Assembly: GCA_963733175.1 (NCBI GenBank)
Contig: CAVTCL010000018.1
Coordinates: forward strand, 39,859-103,858
Direction of reading: 5' to 3'
Origin: an uncultured Actinomycetota bacterium
GTDB taxonomy: Bacteria; Actinomycetota; CALGFH01
Length of the DNA: 64,000 nucleotides
How positions within the stretch are numbered: position 1 is the stretch's first letter; every line of letters starts with the position of its first letter. The translations under genes were made by a program, and so were the position numbers. Positions 41,242 through 52,840 of this stretch are shown here, piece by piece. The notes under the pieces were generated by a model. That model saw only the letters and a list, made by a program, of their open reading frames with translations. It ran no database searches and had not been told where the DNA came from.

Positions 41242-43579
41242 ATGACAAGTCGTTCGACCGTTCACGGGTTCCCGCGCATCGGAGACCGCCGGGAGCTGAA
41301 GACCGCCACCGAGGGCTACTGGGCGGGCCGGGTGCCGGCCGAGGAGCTGGAGGCGACCGCCAGGGAGCTGCGCCGCCAGGCCTGGACGTTCCTGCGCGAC
41401 GCCGGGGTCGGGCAGGTCCCCTCCAACCACTTCTCGCTGTACGACCAGGTGCTCGACACCTGCGTCCTGGTGGGCGCCGTGCCCGAGCGCCACGGCGGCG
41501 CCGGCGGCGACGTCGACCTGGACACCTACTTCGCCATGGCCAGGGGGCGCGCCGACGCCACCGCCATGGAGATGACCAAGTGGTTCGACACCAACTACCA
41601 CTACCTGGTCCCCGAGCTCGGGCCGGCCACCGGGTTCCGCCTGGCGGCCAGGCCCAAGCCCCTGGTCGAGCTGGCCGAGGCCCGCGAGCTGGGCATCGCC
41701 ACCCGCCCGGTCCTGCTCGGCCCGGTGACCTTCCTGCTGCTGGGCAAGCCGGCCGACGGCGCCCCGGCCGCCTTCGACCGCCTGGAGCTGCTCGACCCGC
41801 TGCTGGAGGTGTATGCCGAGCTGCTGGACGAGCTGGAGGCCGCCGGGGTCGAGTGGGTGCAGCTCGACGAGCCGGCCTTCGTCCAGGACCGGTCGCCGCG
41901 GGAGCTGGACGCCCTCGGCCGCGCCTACGACCGCCTCGGCCAGGCCCCGATCCTCCGGGGGACCACCCCGGCGGTCCCCCGGACCCCCCGGCCAGGCCCA
42001 AGCTGCTGGTCGCCAGCTACTTCGACCACCTGGGCGACGCCCTCGGGGTGCTCGCCGGCGCCCCGGTGGAGGGGATCGGCCTCGACCTGACCCGGGACGG
42101 CGCCCGCAACCTGGACCTGCTGGCCGCGGCCGGCGGCATCGGCGACCGGACCCTGGTCGCCGGGGTGGTCGACGGCCGCAACGTCTGGGTGAACGACCTG
42201 GAGCGGTCCCTGTCCACCCTGGCCACCCTGCTCGGCCTGGCCGGCGAGGTGGTCGTGTCCACCTCCTGCTCGCTCCAGCACGTCCCGATCGACCTGGACG
42301 CCGAGCAGGCCCTCGACCCCGAGATCCGGCCCTGGCTGGCCTTCGCCCGCCAGAAGGTCGCCGAGGTGGTCACCCTGGCCCGCGGGCTGGCCGAGGGCAC
42401 CGAGGCCATCGCCGAGGAGCTGGAGGCGAACCAGCGCACGCTGGCCGCACGCCGGGGGTCGGGCAGGACCCACGACCCGGCGGTGCGCCGGCGCCTGGAC
42501 GCGATCGGCGAGCCCGAGCTGCACCGGGCCAGCCCGTACGAGGTCCGCGAGAAGGCCCAGCGGGCCCGGCTCGGCCTGCCGCCGCTGCCCACGACCACCA
42601 TCGGCTCCTTCCCCCAGACCGGCGAGGTCCGCAAGGCCCGGGCGGCCCGCCGCCGGGGCGAGCTGGACGAGGCCGGCTACCAGGCGCGCATGCGCGACGA
42701 GATCGCCGAGGTCATCCGGATCCAGGACGAGCTGGAGCTCGACGTGCTGGTCCACGGGGAGCCCGAGCGCAACGACATGGTCCAGTACTTCGGGGAGCAG
42801 CTCGACGGGGTGGCCGTCACCGAGCTCGGCTGGGTCCAGTCCTACGGCACCCGCTATGTCCGGCCGCCGATCATCTTCGGCGACGTCGCCCGCCCGGCCC
42901 CGATGACCGTGGAGTGGCTCACCTACGCCCAGTCGCGCACCCGGCGGCCGGTCAAGGGCATGCTGACCGGTCCGGTGACCATGCTGAAGTGGTCGTTCGA
43001 GCGCGACGACCAGCCGCGGGAGGCGACCGCGCGCCAGCTCGCCCTGGCCATCCGGGACGAGATGGCCGACCTGGAGGCGGCCGGGATCGGCGTCATCCAG
43101 GTCGACGAGCCGGCCCTGCGCGAGGCCCTGCCCCTTCGCCGCGACCGCCGCCAGGCCTACCTGGCGTGGGCGGTGGAGGCGTTCCGGCTGGCCACCGCCG
43201 GGGTCCGCGACGAGACCCAGGTCCACACCCACATGTGCTACTCGGAGTTCGGCGAGATCCTGCCCGCGATCGACGGGCTGGACGCCGACGTGACCTCGAT
43301 CGAGGCCGCCCGCTCGCGCATGGAGCTGGTCCGCGACCTGGAGCAGGCCGGGTACGGGCGCGAGATCGGCCTCGGGGTCTACGACATCCACTCGCCGCGG
43401 GTGCCGCCGCCCGACGAGATGGCCACGCTGCTGTCCGAGGCGCTGGAGGCGGTCGGCCCGACCCGGCTCTGGGTCAACCCCGACTGCGGCCTCAAGACCC
43501 GCGACTACCCGGAGGTGCTGGCCTCCCTGCGCAACATGGTCGCGGCGGCCAGGACGGTCCGCGGAGGGTGCTCGGCTAG
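41242..43579 (+). CDS. metE: Cobalamin-independent methionine synthase (frameshift near 41990)
   Basis: [59 protein letters not shown]. Confidence 0.96.
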
Positions 43580-44405
43580 TGGCGGTCTGCTTGGTGGCCT
43601 TGAGCGAGTACAGCAGCGGCAGGCGCGCGTCGTCGGGCTCGGGCAGCCGCCAGACGCCGGAGGAGGGCTCGGTCTCGACCATGAACGGGAACATCTTCCA
43701 GGGGACCCAGGGATGCTCGTGGAGGTACTCGATGCGCAGCCCGGCCGCCGCCAGCGAGGTGATGATCTCGCCCATGCTGTGCTGCCAGGCGTACTCGAAC
43801 GGCTCCTCCACGGGGGCGTCCGGGTCCGCGTAGGACCCTTCGTTGGGGAACACCAGCGGGTCCGGGGACGGCCAGTAGTGGTAGCGGAGGCGCAGCTCGG
43901 TGGCCGTGTCGTCGTCGTCGAAGGCCCAGGCGAACGGGTGGGCCTCGGCGATGTAGAAGAAGCCGCCCGGGCGCACGAAGTGGGCGACCACCTCGGCCCA
44001 GCGGGGAAGGTCGGGCAGCCAGTTGAGGGCCCCGAAGGAGGTGAACACCACGTCGAAGTCGCCCTCCAGGTTGTCCGGGAGATCGACCACGTCGGAGACC
44101 ACGAAGCGGCCGTCCAGGCCGGTCTCGCCGGCCAGGACGCGGGCCTGCTCGATGGCCCGCTCCGAGATGTCGGCCCCGGTGACCCTGGCCCCCCGCCTGG
44201 CCCAGGCGAGCGTGTCCAGCCCGAAGTGGCACTGCAGGTGGAGCAGGTCCTTGCCGGCGACGTCGCCGACCTCGGAGACCAGCAGGGGGTACAGGTCGGC
44301 CCGCCCCCCGGACTTCCAGCCCTCGACGTCGTAGAACGCCGAGCGGACGTGGATCGGCGTCCACTCGTTCCAGAGGGCGCGGTTGGCGGCGACGCGCGGG
44401 TCCAT
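43576..44405 (-). CDS. Class I SAM-dependent methyltransferase
   Basis: [37 protein letters not shown]. The 3' end is uncertain (stop appears in another frame at 43576). Confidence 0.85.
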
Positions 44406-44670
44406 GGCGGGAGCGTGGCACGTGGCCGGGCCCGGCGCACGGGATTTGCGCCGCCCGGCGTGGCCCGGTGGGGCGGGGCCAATAGTCGGGAGTCCAAACC
44501 CGGATGAGCGCAACGCTCCCCGGCTGAAGGGCAAATCCCCCGCTCGCCCCGCCCCACCGGACGACCACGGTGCAAGGGTACCGCGCGGGCCCGTCTTTGA
44601 CGGCAGGCTTACGTGGTTTCGAGGATCGTGGCAGCCTAAGGGGAAGACATCGCGAGCCTGGAGCTGCCAA

Positions 44671-45731
44671 ATGACGTTTGCCACCCCCTTGGCGCTCCTG
44701 GCGTTGCCCTTGATCCCCCTCACCATCCTCGCGCTGGTCATGGCCAGGCGGCGGCGGATCCGCTACGCGATCCGCTACCCCGCCCTGGACGTGCTCGCCG
44801 GGGTGGTCGAGCGGGAGCGGCGGGGCCGGTGGATTCCCGCCGCCCTGCTGGTCCTCGCCCTGGCCGCGCTGCTGCTGGGCGCGGCCCGGCCGATGGCGCG
44901 GGTGCCCGTCCCCCGCGACGAGGCCACCGTCATGCTGGTGATCGACGTGTCCGGGTCGATGAACGCCGACGACGTCGACCCGACCCGCATGGAGGCGGCG
45001 CAGCGGGCGGCCACCCGCTTCCTGGACCGCCTCCCCGAGCGCTTCCAGGTGGGGCTGGTCACCTTCTCCAGCGAGGCCGAGACCCTGGTGCCGCCGACCA
45101 CCGACCGGGAAGCGGTGCGCAGCGCCCTGGCCACGCTGAACGCCAACGGCGGGACGGCCATGGGCGACGGGCTGGCCCGGGCCCTCGACGTGATCGAGGC
45201 GGCCCGCCAGGAGGCGGTCGGCGGCCCCGGCCCGACCACCACCGTCGACCCCAACGCGCAGGGGGGCACGCCCACCCCGAGCACCCGGTCCCGAGCACCC
45301 CGGACCAGGGGGCCCAGCAGCCGGCCGTGCCGCCGGCGGTGACGCTGCTGCTCTCGGACGGGGCCAACTCGGCCGGGGGCGACCCGTTCGTCCAGGCCGA
45401 GCGGGCCCGCCAGCTCAGGGTGCCCGTCTACACCATCGCCCTCGGCACCGCCAACGGGGTGCTGCGGCAGCCGAACGCCTTCGGCGGCACCCGCATCCAG
45501 CCGGTCCCGCCCGACCCGGACAGCCTGGCCAGGATCGCCGAGACCAGCAACGGCCGCTTCTTCCAGGCGCCGACCAGCGAGAACCTGACCGCGGTGTACG
45601 ACAGCCTCGGCTCCCGCATCGGCTTCCGGCTCGAGGAGCGCGAGGTCACGGTGGCGTTCACGGCCGCCGGCCTGCTCCTGCTGGCCGCCGCGGGCGCGCT
45701 GCGGGCGCGCCGTGGCGCCCGGCTTCCCTGA
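44671..45731 (+). CDS. Membrane VWA-domain protein (BatA-like), frameshift near 45280
   Basis: N-terminal TMs, DVSGSM MIDAS, GTAMGDG, LLSDG, YTIALGT, C-terminal TM. Confidence 0.85.
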
Positions 45732-45753
45732 TCCCGACCAGTAAGGAGACCAG

Positions 45754-46777
45754 ATGACCGAGAACGACCAGCGACGCCTCGGCGTTGCCGACCCCGCCAA
45801 CCCCTCGACCGCCCTCGAGGCGGCGTTGTTTGAGATCAAGCGGGTCATCGTCGGCCAGGAAGGCATGCTGGAACGGGTCCTGGTCGCCCTGCTGTCGGGT
45901 GGGCATCTGCTGCTGGAGGGGGTGCCGGGGCTGGCCAAGACCCGCACCATCGCCACCCTGGCCCAGGTCCTGGGGGGCAGCTTCCAACGGATCCAGTTCA
46001 CCCCCGACCTGGTCCCCTCCGACCTGGTCGGCACCCGGATCTGGCGGCCCGACCAGGGCGGCTTCGAGACCGAACTCGGCCCCGTGCACTGCAACTTCCT
46101 GCTCGCCGATGAGATCAACCGCGCCCCCGCCAAGGTCCAATCGGCCCTGCTGGAGGTGATGCAGGAACACCAGGTCACCATCGGCAAACAAACCTTCCAG
46201 GTCCCCGCCCCGTTCCTGGTCCTGGCCACCCAGAACCCGATCGAGTCCGACGGCACCTACCCCCTCCCCGAAGCCCAGGTCGACCGCTTCCTCATGAAAG
46301 TGGTGGTCGACTACCCCAACTTCTCCGAAGAGATGACCATCGTCGCCCGCAGCCTGGTCGACCCCCCACCATCACCCAAATGCTGTCAGCCTGGAACAGC
46401 TCCAGGCCCTCCAGGCCCACACCGCCACCGTCTATGTCGACCGCCTGGTCGCCGAGTACGCCGTCGCCCTGTGTGACGCCACCCGCCACCCCGCCACCTA
46501 CCAACTCCCCGACCTCGCCGGCTACATCGCCTACGGCGCCAGCCCGCGGGGCTCGATCAACCTGGTCGCCGCCGCCCGCGCCCTGGCCGTGCTGCGGGGC
46601 CGCAGCTACTGCCTGCCCCAAGACGTCCAAGAACTCGCCCGCGACGTCCTGCGCCACCGCCTGGTCCTGACCTACCAGGCCCTGGCCGAACAAGTCACCC
46701 CCGACAGCCTGCTGACCGCCGTCCTGGCCGCCATCCCCCCACCCCGCATCGACCTCGCCAGAGAACAACCCGCATGA
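45754..46777 (+). CDS. moxR: MoxR-family AAA+ ATPase (frameshift near 46370)
   Basis: LEGVPGLAKT, RIQFTPDL, LADEINRAPAKVQSALLE, ATQNPIE, YGASPRG, LRHRL. Confidence 0.9.
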
Positions 46778-47673
46778 GCTTCCGCTGGCCCGAGCTGCTC
46801 TGGGCGGTGCTGCTGGTACCGCTGGTGCTGCTGGTGTGGATGCGGGGCGAGCGCCGCCGCGGGCAGCGGGCGGTCGCCTTCGGCAACCCGGCGCTGCTGC
46901 CCAACATGGTCACCGCCCGGCCCGGCTGGCGGCGGGTGGTCCCGATCATCCTCTACCTGCTGGCCGCCACCGTGCTCCTGCTGGCCCTGGCCCGGCCCGA
47001 GGCCACCGCCCAGGTGCCGCGCGACCAGGCCACCATCATGCTGGTCATGGACACCTCGCGGTCGATGCTCAACACCGACGTGTCGCCGACCCGCATCGAG
47101 GCGGCCAGGGAGGCGGCCGACGCCTTCCTCGAGGAGATCCCCGACCGGTTCCAGGTCGGGCTGGTCACCTTCGCCGGCGCCCCCAGCGTCGAGGCCCTCC
47201 CGACCACCGACAAAGAGGTGATCCGGACCGCCCTGCGCAACGCCCCGCTCCGCCGGGGCACCGCCGTCGGCGACGCGGTCATCCGCGCCCTCCAGGCCAG
47301 CCGGCCCCGCAACGCGGCCAACGACGAGCGCCCCCCGACGGCCATCCTCCTGCTCACCGACGGCGAGAGCCGCAGCGGCATCCCCACCGTGGTCGCCGCC
47401 CAGCAGGCCCTGGAGGAGAAGGTCCCGGTCTTCACCGTGGCCCTCGCCTCCCTGCCGCCAGCCGAGCTCGAGCAGATCGCCGAGATGAGCGGCGGCCAGG
47501 CCTTCACCGCCCCCACCAGCGAACAGCTCACCGCCGTCTACCGCGACCTCGGCTCCCGCCTCACCTACGTCGAGGAGAAGCGCGAGCTCACCTCCTACTT
47601 CATGGGCGGAGCCGCCGTCCTCCTCCTCCTCGGCGCCGCCGCCTCCATCACCTGGTTCCTCCGCCTCCCCTGA
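46774..47673 (+). CDS. Membrane VWA-domain protein, copy 1
   Basis: DTSRSM MIDAS, GTAVGDA, LLTDG, TMs at both ends, ATGA coupling. Confidence 0.9.
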   Translation: MSFRWPELLWAVLLVPLVLLVWMRGERRRGQRAVAFGNPALLPNMVTARPGWRRVVPIILYLLAATVLLLALARPEATAQVPRDQATIMLVMDTSRSMLNTDVSPTRIEAAREAADAFLEEIPDRFQVGLVTFAGAPSVEALPTTDKEVIRTALRNAPLRRGTAVGDAVIRALQASRPRNAANDERPPTAILLLTDGESRSGIPTVVAAQQALEEKVPVFTVALASLPPAELEQIAEMSGGQAFTAPTSEQLTAVYRDLGSRLTYVEEKRELTSYFMGGAAVLLLLGAAASITWFLRLP

Positions 47674-47686
47674 CCAGGGCCGTTCG

Positions 47687-48022
47687 CCGCCTGGTGCCGA
47701 GTACGCCGTCGCGCTGTGTGACGCCACCCGCCACCCCGCCACCTACCAGCTCCCCGACCTCGCAGGCTACATCGCCTACGGCGCCAGCCCCCGAGGCTCG
47801 ATCAACCTGGTCGCGGCCGCCCGCGCGCTGGCGGTGCTGCGGGGCCGCAGCTACTGCCTGCCCCAAGACGTCCAAGAACTGGCCCGCGACGTGCTGCGCC
47901 ACCGCCTGGTGCTGACCTACCAGGCCCTGGCCGAACAGGTCACCCCCGACAGCCTCCTCACCGCCGTCCTGGCCGCCATCCCCCCACCCCGCATCGACCT
48001 CGCCAGAGAACAACCAGCATGA
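47687..48022 (+). pseudogene. Duplicated 3' fragment of moxR
   Basis: Encodes YGASPRGSINL...LRHRLVL...LAREQPA without the AAA core. Confidence 0.8.
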
Positions 48023-48918
48023 GTTTCCGCTGGCCCGAGCTGCTCTGGGCGGTGCTGCTGGTACCGCTCGTGCTGCTGGTGTGGATGCGGGGCGAGCGCC
48101 GCCGCGGGCAGCGGGCGGTCGCCTTCGGCAACCCGGCGCTGCTGCCCAACATGGTCACCGCCCGGCCCGGCTGGCGGCGGGTGGTCCCGATCATCCTCTA
48201 CCTGCTGGCGGCCACCGTGCTCCTGCTCGCCCTGGCCCGGCCCGAGGCCACCGCCCAGGTGCCGCGCGACCAGGCCACCATCATGCTGGTCATGGACACC
48301 TCGCAGTCGATGCTCAACACCGACGTGTCGCCGACCCGCATCGAGGCGGCCAGGGAGGCGGCCGACGCCTTCCTGGAGGAGATCCCCGACCGGTTCCAGG
48401 TGGGGCTGGTCACCTTCGCCGGCGCCCCCAGCGTCGAGGCGCTCCCGACCACCGACAAAGAGGTGATCCGGACCGCCCTGCGCAACGCCCCGCTCCGCCA
48501 GGGCACGGCCGTCGGCGACGCGGTGATCCGCGCCCTCCAGGCCAGCCGGCCCCGCAACGCGGTCAACGACGAGCGCCCCCCGACGGCCATCCTCCTGCTC
48601 ACCGACGGCGAGAGCCGCAGCGGCACCCCCACCGTGGTCGCCGCCCAGCAGGCCCTGGAGGAGAAGGTCCCGGTCTTCACCGTGGCCCTCGCCTCCCTGC
48701 CGCCAGCCGAGCTCGAGCAGATCGCCGAGATCAGCGGCGGCCAGGCCTTCACCGCCCCCACCAGCGAACAGCTCAACGCCGTCTACCGCGACCTCGGCAC
48801 CCGCCTCACCTACGTCGAGGAGAAGCGCGAGCTGACCTCCTACTTCATGGGCGGAGCCGCCATCCTCCTCCTCCTCGGCGCCGCCGCCTCCATCACCTGG
48901 TTCCTCCGCCTCCCCTGA
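48019..48918 (+). CDS. Membrane VWA-domain protein, copy 2
   Basis: 299 aa. Differs from copy 1 at about 8 residues (e.g. DTSQSM, LRQG, SGTP). Confidence 0.88.
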   Translation: MSFRWPELLWAVLLVPLVLLVWMRGERRRGQRAVAFGNPALLPNMVTARPGWRRVVPIILYLLAATVLLLALARPEATAQVPRDQATIMLVMDTSQSMLNTDVSPTRIEAAREAADAFLEEIPDRFQVGLVTFAGAPSVEALPTTDKEVIRTALRNAPLRQGTAVGDAVIRALQASRPRNAVNDERPPTAILLLTDGESRSGTPTVVAAQQALEEKVPVFTVALASLPPAELEQIAEISGGQAFTAPTSEQLNAVYRDLGTRLTYVEEKRELTSYFMGGAAILLLLGAAASITWFLRLP

Positions 48919-48926
48919 CCAGGGCC

Positions 48927-51900
48927 CTACGTGGTGAGCACGATCCGGCCCTCGATCTGGCTGGTGAAGGGGGTGGGGAGGGCCTCGACGTACTCGACCA
49001 GGGCGTCGAGGTCGACCGGGCCGACCACGCGGTTGGTGCCGTCGCGCAGGACGGTGAACCCGTCGCCGCCGCCGGCCAGGAACGAGTTCACCGTGACCGT
49101 GTAGGTGACGCTGGCGTCGTTGGGCACCGGCGTGGAGTCGTCGCCGGGTGGGCCGACGAAGACCGCGTCGATCACCCCGGTGGTCGGCGAGGTCAGGTGG
49201 TAGCGGTAGTGGAGGCCTGAGATCTCCAGGATCCGGTTCGACGGCGTCTGGAACTGCTGGCCGAGCAGGGTCCAGACCTGCGCCCCGGTCAGGTCCATCT
49301 TGACCAGGTCGTTGGCGAACGGCTGGACCGTGAACAGCTCGCCCCAGGTGACCTCGCCGGCCTGGATCCTGGCCCGGATCCCGCCCGGGTTCATGAACGC
49401 GAACTGGGTGCCCATCTCGGCCCGCTGGGCGTCGGCGATCAGGTTGCCCAGCGGCGACTCCCCGGCCGCGTTCGCCCCGCCGTCGCGGCCGGCCAGCAGG
49501 TCGGTGGCGGCGACGTTGACGACCCGGTTGACCAGCGGCGCGACCTGCTCGACGGCGTCGTCGACGATCGCCTGGACCGCCGGGTCGCCGGCGACCTGGT
49601 GGGCCGGGTCGGCGATGTCGGGCGGGTTGTAGGTCCAGGCCCCCTGCAGGGTGGCCGAGGCCGCCGCGACGTCCCTGGTCTTGCGGTCCAGGGTGAGGCG
49701 GACGTCCTCGAACGCGCGCCCGAACGACGACGCCTGCACGACCAGGCGCCCGTCGACCCGCGAGTTCAGGGCGGTGTGGGAGTGCCCGGCCATGACCACG
49801 TCGACCTCGGGGTCCAGGGCCCGGGTGACGTCGCTGATCCGGGGCGAGATGGTGCCGAAGGGGAACCGGTCCTGGGTGCCGCCCTCGTGGATCAGCAGCA
49901 CCATCGCCTCCACGCCCTTGGCCTTGAGCTCGGGCACGTAGCTGTTGACCGCCTCGGCCTCGTCCAGGAACTCGAGGCCGTCGACCGCCCCCTGCTCGAC
50001 GATGGTCGGGGTGGTGATGGTGGTGGCGCCGATGAAGGCGATCGGGACGCCCTTGACCCGCTTGATCAGGTAGGGCTCGAAGATCGGCTCCTGGGTGTCG
50101 GCGTCGACGATGTTGGCCGACACCAGCGGGAAGTCCTGGCCCTCGAAGGTGCTGCCCGGCGGGAACTGGGACGGGCCGCCGTCGAGCAGCCGCAGCAGCT
50201 CGTCCAGGCCCTCGTCGAACTCGTGGTTGCCGGGGGCGCCGACGTCGAAGCCGATCTCGTTGAGGACGCGGATGGTCGGCTCGTCCTGGAGCAGCCCCGA
50301 CTCGGGCGGGCTGGCCCCGATCATGTCGCCGGAGTGGACCAGCACGGTGGTGCCGGGGTTGGCCCGCTTGCGCTCCAGCAGGTAGCGGGCGAGCACGGCC
50401 GCGCCCCCGGCCGCCCCGCGGAACCCGCTGTAGGGGTCGGTGTAGATCTGCCCGGCCCCGGTGAGGTTGCCGTGGAAGTCGTTGATCCCCAGCAGGTGGG
50501 CGTCGAAGTAGCGGTCGCCCCCCTCGAGCATCTCGAACAGGATCCGGCCCTGGGCGGTCTGCGGGCCGGGGATGCCCATGAGGAAGGCCAGGGTCGGCGC
50601 GACGTCGATGGCCTCGATCCCGGCCACCGGCCCGCGGTTGCGGATCCCGGGCCCGGCGGCCACGAAGGTGCCGTGCATGTTGAGGTTCCGCCGCATGTCG
50701 ACCATGTCCGGCCGGTAGCCGTGCTGGCCGAAGAACTCCGAGGGCGCGATGGCCACGCCCGGGGTGGCCGCGTCGAACTGGTAGGGCGGCCGGGCGATCA
50801 CGACCACGTCGCCCGAGCGGGTCGGGTGCTGGGAGTCGCTGCCGTCGACGTCGGTCAGCTCCTCCTTCTTGAGCACGTCGAGGATGACCTCGCGGCCGGG
50901 CGTCCTCGGGTCCTCGAGCCCCTCGAAGGCGGCGATGATCTGGTCGCGGACCTTGTCGTACTGGTCCAGCGGGACCAGGCCGGGCTGGTCGCGGCCGGCC
51001 AGGTTCAGGTAGATCTGGGCCGTCCCGCCGGCGTAGCAGGCCTTGGCCTTGGTGGTGGTCGCGGCGGCGGCGTCGAGCCGGCAGTTGCCCGGCTGCTCGC
51101 TGGGCTGGAGCCCGATGTCGGTGAGGACCTTGCCGGCGTTGATCGCCTCCCAGGCGGCGGCGAACCCGTGGTCGGAGCTGGCCATCACGACCGCGTCGTC
51201 GGGCATGAACCGCCTGGTCAGCCCCAGCTTGTCGTCGGCCCCGTTGTAGGCGCTGCGGATGAAGCGGGAGCGGACCCCGATGCGGCCGTCGCGCGGGCCC
51301 TCGCCGTCGACGTTGTCGAAGAACGGGTTGGGCCGGCCGTCCAGGTCGGTCGGGGTGAGCAGGCCGAGGAACTGGTGGCTGAACTCGTCGGTGACCGGGA
51401 ACCCGACCATGGCCAGGTCGGTCTCGGGCTGGAGCTCGCCGAGGACGAAGCGGACGACCGCGTCGCCGTAGCGCGATTCCAGATCCAGGCCCTGCTCGAC
51501 GTAGGTCTCCTCGTCGATGATGTGGGCCTCGAGCGGCGCGAAGTCGGCCGCGATCCAGGACGGCAGGTTGTCGGCGATGTACTTCTCCAGCGGGTCCTCG
51601 CCGGCCCCGCCGGCCGGCAGGGCCGCGCAGGCGTCGGTCCGGCAGGTGGCGTTGGCCCTGGCCACCGAGGTGAAGTAGATCTTGAAGCCGGACAGGTCGG
51701 CGGCCAGGTCGGTCAGCTTCACGTAGAAGCCCGCGCTCTGGCCGGCCCTGGCGCCGATCAGGCCGTCGGCGCCGCGCAGCTTGACCTCCTCGAACCGGCC
51801 CTCGCGCAGGGTGGCCGCGGCCTGGCTGGCGTCCTTGGCGGCGGCCGCCGGGACCAGCAGCACGCGGTCATAGGCGCGCCGGTTGTCGGCCCGGGAGTCG

Positions 51901-52642
51901 AACACGTAGACGTCGTAGACCCGGTCGGGGTTGGCCGCGGCGAAGGTGGAGGCGACGGTCAGGGTGGTCTGCTGGGGCGCGGTGGCCGGGTCGCCGGCGG
52001 GGACGTTGCTCCAGCCGCTGGCCGGCTCGAACTCGGCCAGCTGGTAGGAGAGGCCGAAGCGGGCCGCGCCCGCCTGCTCGTCGGGGTCGGCCGGGGCGGT
52101 GAGCACCCCGCGGGTCGAGAAGAAGGTGGTGAAGTCGACCGTCGGGCCGGCGATGTTCGCCTGGCGGCCGGCGACCCAGTCGAGCTGGGCGACCTGGCGC
52201 CCGGCCCGCTCGGCGGCCGAGGCGATCGAGTCGGCCTGGAGGACCCCGGTGGCCGAGAAGCTGGTCCCGCGGGAGAAGTCGGTGCCGGTCTGGTGGAAGG
52301 TGTTGTTGGTGGAGCCGTGCTTGCCCGGCCAGGCGCCGGTGGCCAGCGAGTACCAGCCGACCCCGGTGTTGGGTGGGAAGCCCTGGGTGAGGCCGTTGCG
52401 GCCCTGCACCCCGCGCCGCTTGAGCTCGCGCATGTTGGGCATGGCCCCGCTGGCCGCGAAGCGGTCGACCAGGTCGGGTCGCATGCCGTCGGCGGCGAAC
52501 AGGATCGCCGACTGCTCGGCGGGGGCGGCCTGGGCGGCCGCGGGCTCGCCGGGGCGGGGGCCGCGGTGGCCAGCAGGGCGGCCAGGACGGCGACGACGAG
52601 GGCGATGGCGGGGAGACCGCGGGAGCGGCGGCGAGCGACCAT
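48927..52642 (-). CDS. Secreted fusion: alkaline-phosphatase-superfamily (NPP-like) domain plus calcineurin-like 5'-nucleotidase
   Basis: Signal peptide [17 protein letters not shown] (frameshift after it). ADGMR, PPNT, TDEFSH, SDHG, GQHG; then [45 protein letters not shown]. Confidence 0.85.
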
Positions 52643-52840
52643 GGGGCACCTTCCTGGAACCGGCGCTGGATGCAGGCGGTGGAGCTGAACCCGGAGACCC
52701 GGTAACGCTTCCGTACCGGGCATACCGTGTCAAGAACCCATCAGTTGGGCATTGAAAGCGACGGTTGCGGCGATGGACACTACTGGCCATGGCTCGTCGG
52801 GCGAGGCAACTCGCACCCGCCCCAGCGGAGGTGGCTCGGG

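Larger units (their letters stand above)
46441..48926 (+). repeat. Tandem direct duplication, unit about 1245 bp (moxR 3' end plus VWA gene)
   Basis: 46441-47681 is near-identical to 47687-48926; both units end TGACCAGGGCC. Scattered substitutions. Confidence 0.92.

Noticed and set aside
52643-52840. PHO box between the nucleotidase fusion and phoX
   Set aside because: Only a single GTTCA-like unit was found, not the 11-bp-spaced direct repeats required.
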